Of a stretch of 64,000 bases of DNA, positions 60,109 to 64,000 are shown one piece after another. A model generated the notes under the pieces. It searched no databases, was not told where the DNA came from, and saw only the letters and a list, made by a program, of their open reading frames with translations. The stretch's first letter is position 1; each line of letters opens with the position of its first letter. Position numbers and translations under genes: made by a program. The stretch comes from an uncultured delta proteobacterium (GTDB lineage: Bacteria > Desulfobacterota > Desulfobacteria > Desulfobacterales > JAHEIW01): positions 256,001 to 320,000 of the forward strand of contig CAVPNL010000005.1 of NCBI GenBank assembly GCA_963706575.1. Direction: 5' to 3'.

Positions 60109-62055
60109 ATGGATAAGAAACTTTTACTCGTCGATGATGAAGAAGGTATTCGCAAAGTCCTCGGCATTGCATTATCCGACGCCGGATATACGGTTTTTAC
60201 CGCAAAAAATGGTGCAGAAGCCCTCGAAATCTTCCGCAAAGAAATCCCGCCGATTGTCCTGACCGATATAAAAATGCCGGGAATGGACGGCATCCAACTA
60301 TTGCAAAAGATAAAACATGAAAACCCCGATACCGAGGTCATCATGATCACCGGTCATGGGGATATGGACCTGGCCATTAAAAGCCTCAAGTATCAGGCCA
60401 TTGATTTTGTCACCAAACCGATCAACGATGATGTTTTAGAAATTGCACTCAACCGGGCGCACGAAAAGATCCGCATGCGTCAGCAGCTGCGGGAATACAC
60501 TGAAAACCTTGAAACCCTGGTCAGTGAAAAATCAGCAAAGCTGATAGAAGTCGAACGTCAGGTTGCCGTCGGCCAGGCGGTTGAAGGTCTGTCTTCAGCC
60601 ATGCGCAATATTGCCGGGGACCTGGAAGGGGGGTTGACCTATTTCAACGAAATGCCATGCTTTGTCTCGGTTCACAATCCCAAGTTAAAGATTATTGCGG
60701 TAAACCCCCTGTATAAGGAACGTCTGGGGGATAAGGTCGGTCATAACAGTTGGGATGTTTATACGGCGAAAAGCGGTGCCGGGTTCACCTGCCCTGCTGA
60801 AAAGACATTTAAAACCGGCAAAGGCCTGCGAACGAAAGCAACCGTTAATACTGCAAATGGTGATAAGGCTCCGGTGATCGTGCACACCGCACCGATTCGC
60901 AATCAGGACGGTGCGGTGGAACTGGTCGTAGAGATATCGGCTGATATTACCGAAGTCAAGCGTCTGCGGGAAGAATTGCACCGCACCCAGCAGCGCTACC
61001 AGCAGCTTTTTGATGAAGTGCCCTGTTATATATCGGTTCAGGATCGGCAGTTCCAGCTGACGGCAACCAACCGACGGTTTAAAGAAGATTTTGACGTCGA
61101 AATCGGTGCCTTCTGTCATGAAGTTTACAAGCATCGGGGTGAGCCCTGCCCCAACTGCCCGGTTGCCAAAACATTTGAAGACGGGCAGTCCCACCAGACA
61201 GAAATGGTGGTCACCGCCAAAACCGGTGAGCAATACAACGTGTTGATCTGGACGGCGCCGTTAAGGAATCCGGCCGGAGAGATCACCCACGTCATGGAAA
61301 TGTCCACTAACATTACCGAGATTCGCAAGCTGCAAGATAATCTGTCATCCTTGGGGTTGAAAATTAGCTCGATCTCACACGGCATCAAAGGCATGCTGAC
61401 GGGCCTGGACGGTGGTATGTATTTGATGGAGACTGGTTTTGCCGAAGCAAAACCCGAAAGAGTCGAAGCGGGTTGGGAGGATTTAAAAACCATCGTCAGA
61501 CGCATCCGCAAGTTGGTTCAAAATATCCTGTTTTTTGCCAAGGAAAGAGAGTTGAAACGCGATCGTGTCGATGTATTGAACTTCGTTGAAGATGTGGCTT
61601 CAACGGTTGAACCCAAAATAAAAGCTGACGGAATCGAATTAGTCCGTGACTTCGACACCCTGCCGGCAGAGATTGAAATTGATGCCGGCGTTTTGCGCCT
61701 GGCGTTGATCAATATTTTGGAAAACGCGTTAGACGCTTGTGCCGAAGATGCTGCCCGCAAGCGTCATAAGATCGTTTTCAGCGTTCAAGGGGACGATAAT
61801 CAGATTAGATTTGAAATAAAGGACAATGGCATCGGAATGGATCGGGAGACGCGTGAAAGTTTGTTCACGCTGTTTTTTTCATCTAAAGGCAACAAAGGAA
61901 CGGGCCTCGGGCTTTTTATTGCCGACAAAATTATTGATCAGCACGGCGGTAAAATAGCTGTAGCGTCCAGTCCCGGTCAGGGATCAAACTTTAAAATTAC
62001 GATTCCGGGATCTGTTCGAAACGACATCCGGAATCCCAAGGAGAAAACCGAATGA
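60109..62055 (+). CDS. Receiver-PAS-PAS histidine kinase
   Basis: REC similar to 50196 gene, PAS with CHEVYK....CPNCP, SHGIKG, DNGIGM, GTGLGL. Confidence 0.9.
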   Translation: MDKKLLLVDDEEGIRKVLGIALSDAGYTVFTAKNGAEALEIFRKEIPPIVLTDIKMPGMDGIQLLQKIKHENPDTEVIMITGHGDMDLAIKSLKYQAIDFVTKPINDDVLEIALNRAHEKIRMRQQLREYTENLETLVSEKSAKLIEVERQVAVGQAVEGLSSAMRNIAGDLEGGLTYFNEMPCFVSVHNPKLKIIAVNPLYKERLGDKVGHNSWDVYTAKSGAGFTCPAEKTFKTGKGLRTKATVNTANGDKAPVIVHTAPIRNQDGAVELVVEISADITEVKRLREELHRTQQRYQQLFDEVPCYISVQDRQFQLTATNRRFKEDFDVEIGAFCHEVYKHRGEPCPNCPVAKTFEDGQSHQTEMVVTAKTGEQYNVLIWTAPLRNPAGEITHVMEMSTNITEIRKLQDNLSSLGLKISSISHGIKGMLTGLDGGMYLMETGFAEAKPERVEAGWEDLKTIVRRIRKLVQNILFFAKERELKRDRVDVLNFVEDVASTVEPKIKADGIELVRDFDTLPAEIEIDAGVLRLALINILENALDACAEDAARKRHKIVFSVQGDDNQIRFEIKDNGIGMDRETRESLFTLFFSSKGNKGTGLGLFIADKIIDQHGGKIAVASSPGQGSNFKITIPGSVRNDIRNPKEKTE

Positions 62056-62564
62056 AACTAACCGACATCGCACCGTTGGACAAATGGCTTGAACTCGAAC
62101 AAAAGATCAATGAACGCACCGGTTTAAATGCTTCGGTATTTAATGACGACGGGATGCGCATTACCAATTTTAAACGCTGGGCCAACAAACTCTGCCCGGT
62201 CATCAAAGCCGATGAAAAAGGGCAGAATTATATCTGTGCCGTTGCGCACCAAAATATTGCGGCCGAAGCTCAACGCTCGCACCAGCCGGTCATCGCTGAA
62301 TGTGATGCCGGTTTGATGAAAATGGTGGTCCCTATTTTCGTAAATGATGAATTCCTGGGGGTTGCCGGTGGTTGTGGTTATATAATGGAAAATGGTGAAG
62401 TCGATACCTTTATGGTCAACAAAACCATCGGCATTGCAGATGAGAAGCTAAAGAATCTGCTAGATGACATTCCCGTAATGACCCCGGATGAGGCCCAATC
62501 CCACACCGGGTTTATCCAAAATGAAGTGGACCAAATTTTAAAAGCATACGAGAATACTTCATAA
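62052..62564 (+). CDS. Stand-alone PocR sensory domain protein
   Basis: LCPVIK, IC, ECDAGL...VPI. Confidence 0.82.
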   Translation: MKLTDIAPLDKWLELEQKINERTGLNASVFNDDGMRITNFKRWANKLCPVIKADEKGQNYICAVAHQNIAAEAQRSHQPVIAECDAGLMKMVVPIFVNDEFLGVAGGCGYIMENGEVDTFMVNKTIGIADEKLKNLLDDIPVMTPDEAQSHTGFIQNEVDQILKAYENTS

Positions 62565-62722
62565 ATCGAGATCCATTTTCTTTGAGAGCAGCTGCCGAAG
62601 CGGTTTCACATGAGATCTGCTTTTCATATCCACGGCAACATCGCCAACGCAACATCCATTGCTGAAAACTTTCGCGCTCCTAAAAGAATGAGTTTGATAA
62701 AACCACTCAGAAAGGAAAAAAA

Positions 62723-64000
62723 ATGGCTTTAATGACACCGGATCAGTTTGAAGAGAGTTTGAAAGCGCTCAAGCCAAGGGTATTTATGAATGGGAAACAG
62801 GTAAAGAATATCCTTGAAAACCGAAACACCCGAACCGTAGTAGAAGCAAACAAGGCCAGCTATGCCTGGGCGCTGGATCCGCAATATAAGGATATCATGT
62901 CCTGTTATTCCCCGCTGATAGACGATCAGGTCAACCGCTACACTCATATAAGTGCCAGCACCGACGATCTGGTCAAAAAGGCTCAAGCCGGTACGTTTAC
63001 TGCTGAAATGCTGGGGACGTGCATCTACCGGTGTGTCGGATACGATGCGTTTCATTCCCTGGCCAGTACCTGCTGGGAGATGGATAACGATCTGGGGACC
63101 GATTATCATCCGCGCTTTATGGAATACCTTAAAATGGTGCAGACAAAGGATCTCTCCGTCGCCGGAGCGCTTACCGAGCCAAGGGGTAAACGCAGCCAAA
63201 AGACCTTGGACTGGCCGGATCCCTATCTTTCATTAAAGTTGGTGGATAAAAACAAAGACGGTATCATTGTCCGTGGGGCTAAAATAAACATCAGTGGTGC
63301 CTATGCCAGCCATGAGCTTGTGGTTTTACCGCAGGCCGCGCATTTCGAGGGTGAGGAAGACTATGCCATCGCATTTGCGACACCCAGCGATGCAGACGGG
63401 ATTACTTATGTGTGCCAGTATTCACCCTATTCCGCGGAGAGGGATTTAGCCGATGATCTCTCAGAACTTGGAAATCCCGTGTTTGGTCAGAGAGAGACAG
63501 CCATGGTCATTTTTAATGACGTATTTGTTCCCTGGGAAAGGGTTTTTCACTGTGGCGAGTGCAACTATTCTTTAAAGCTCGTTAGCCGATTTGCCAAGAC
63601 CCACCGGATGACATGTGGCGGCACCTGTAAGGTGGGTTTCCTGAATCAGATTATCGGGGCCTCGAAATTGATACAGGAATACAAAGGGCTTGAAGAGGCC
63701 ACCCATATCAATGATCAGTTGATGGAGATGGTCGTTTTACGGGAAACCGGTCGAGCCTGCGGCCTGGCCTCTGCCACCGAGGGTGCAGAGGAACCCCTCG
63801 GCTCGGGCGTATTCTTGCCGGATGAACTCATGAGCAATGTGGCCAAATTAAATATTTGCAATGCCTTCTGGCGGGTTATGGCACTGGCAGGTGATATCGG
63901 GGGGGGATTGATTGTCACCCTGCCCTCTCTAAAAGAGCTGAAAAATCCTGAAGTTAAGGACTATGTGAAGGAGTTTTACAGCTTTGGCTCCGATGTGCCC
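62723..64000 (+). CDS. 4-hydroxybutyryl-CoA dehydratase / HpaB family protein, 3' truncated
   Basis: Open frame from ATG 62723 to window end (missing from ORF track): MALMTPDQFEESL..., VNRYTH, CIYRCVGYDA (AbfD-like Fe-S Cys pair), ALTEPRG, VRGAK, VFVPWERVF. Confidence 0.85.
   Translation, partial: MALMTPDQFEESLKALKPRVFMNGKQVKNILENRNTRTVVEANKASYAWALDPQYKDIMSCYSPLIDDQVNRYTHISASTDDLVKKAQAGTFTAEMLGTCIYRCVGYDAFHSLASTCWEMDNDLGTDYHPRFMEYLKMVQTKDLSVAGALTEPRGKRSQKTLDWPDPYLSLKLVDKNKDGIIVRGAKINISGAYASHELVVLPQAAHFEGEEDYAIAFATPSDADGITYVCQYSPYSAERDLADDLSELGNPVFGQRETAMVIFNDVFVPWERVFHCGECNYSLKLVSRFAKTHRMTCGGTCKVGFLNQIIGASKLIQEYKGLEEATHINDQLMEMVVLRETGRACGLASATEGAEEPLGSGVFLPDELMSNVAKLNICNAFWRVMALAGDIGGGLIVTLPSLKELKNPEVKDYVKEFYSFGSDVP

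Overview
Chromosomal segment of a sulfate-reducing Desulfobacterota (Desulfobacterales-like) bacterium, inferred from the Tmc complex, type II cytochrome c3 and sigma-54/PAS signalling genes. In order: (1) 1-12.8 kb, an anaerobic nicotinate-catabolism-like cluster (MMSDH-like aldehyde dehydrogenase, DUF1185, three-subunit molybdenum hydroxylase, enamidase, 6-hydroxynicotinate reductase, UPF0280/ApbE-like protein, TRAP transporter); (2) 12.9-21.3 kb, a LIV-type ABC transporter, DAO-family oxidoreductase and ornithine-cyclodeaminase-family gene; (3) 21.6-43.5 kb, mixed genes (orphan fliN, FadH-like flavoenzyme, trypsin-like protease with a stand-alone prodomain-like partner, uraA-upp, priA, an OmpA-DUF1573 protein read through an in-frame TGA, HAD hydrolase, CdaA-YbbR fusion, PAS kinase, phosphoesterase plus ParB-like/Lrp-ligand fusion); (4) 43.7-47.3 kb, a sigma-54 locus with an atypical cytochrome-like protein, a three-domain rhodanese lipoprotein with two in-frame TGA codons each followed by a matching hairpin (probable double selenoprotein) and an octaheme tetrathionate-reductase-family cytochrome; (5) 47.5-62.6 kb, a redox-sensing two-component/sigma-54 cascade with tmcDCBA; (6) a truncated 4-hydroxybutyryl-CoA dehydratase-family gene. 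Intergenic DNA holds a nested MITE-like family and many short-unit inverted repeat elements. About 16 single-base insertions break genes at 0.2-8.3 kb and 43-47.3 kb and look like sequencing errors. Family assignments come from recalled motifs, not database searches. No CRISPR array, rRNA, tRNA or transposase was seen.
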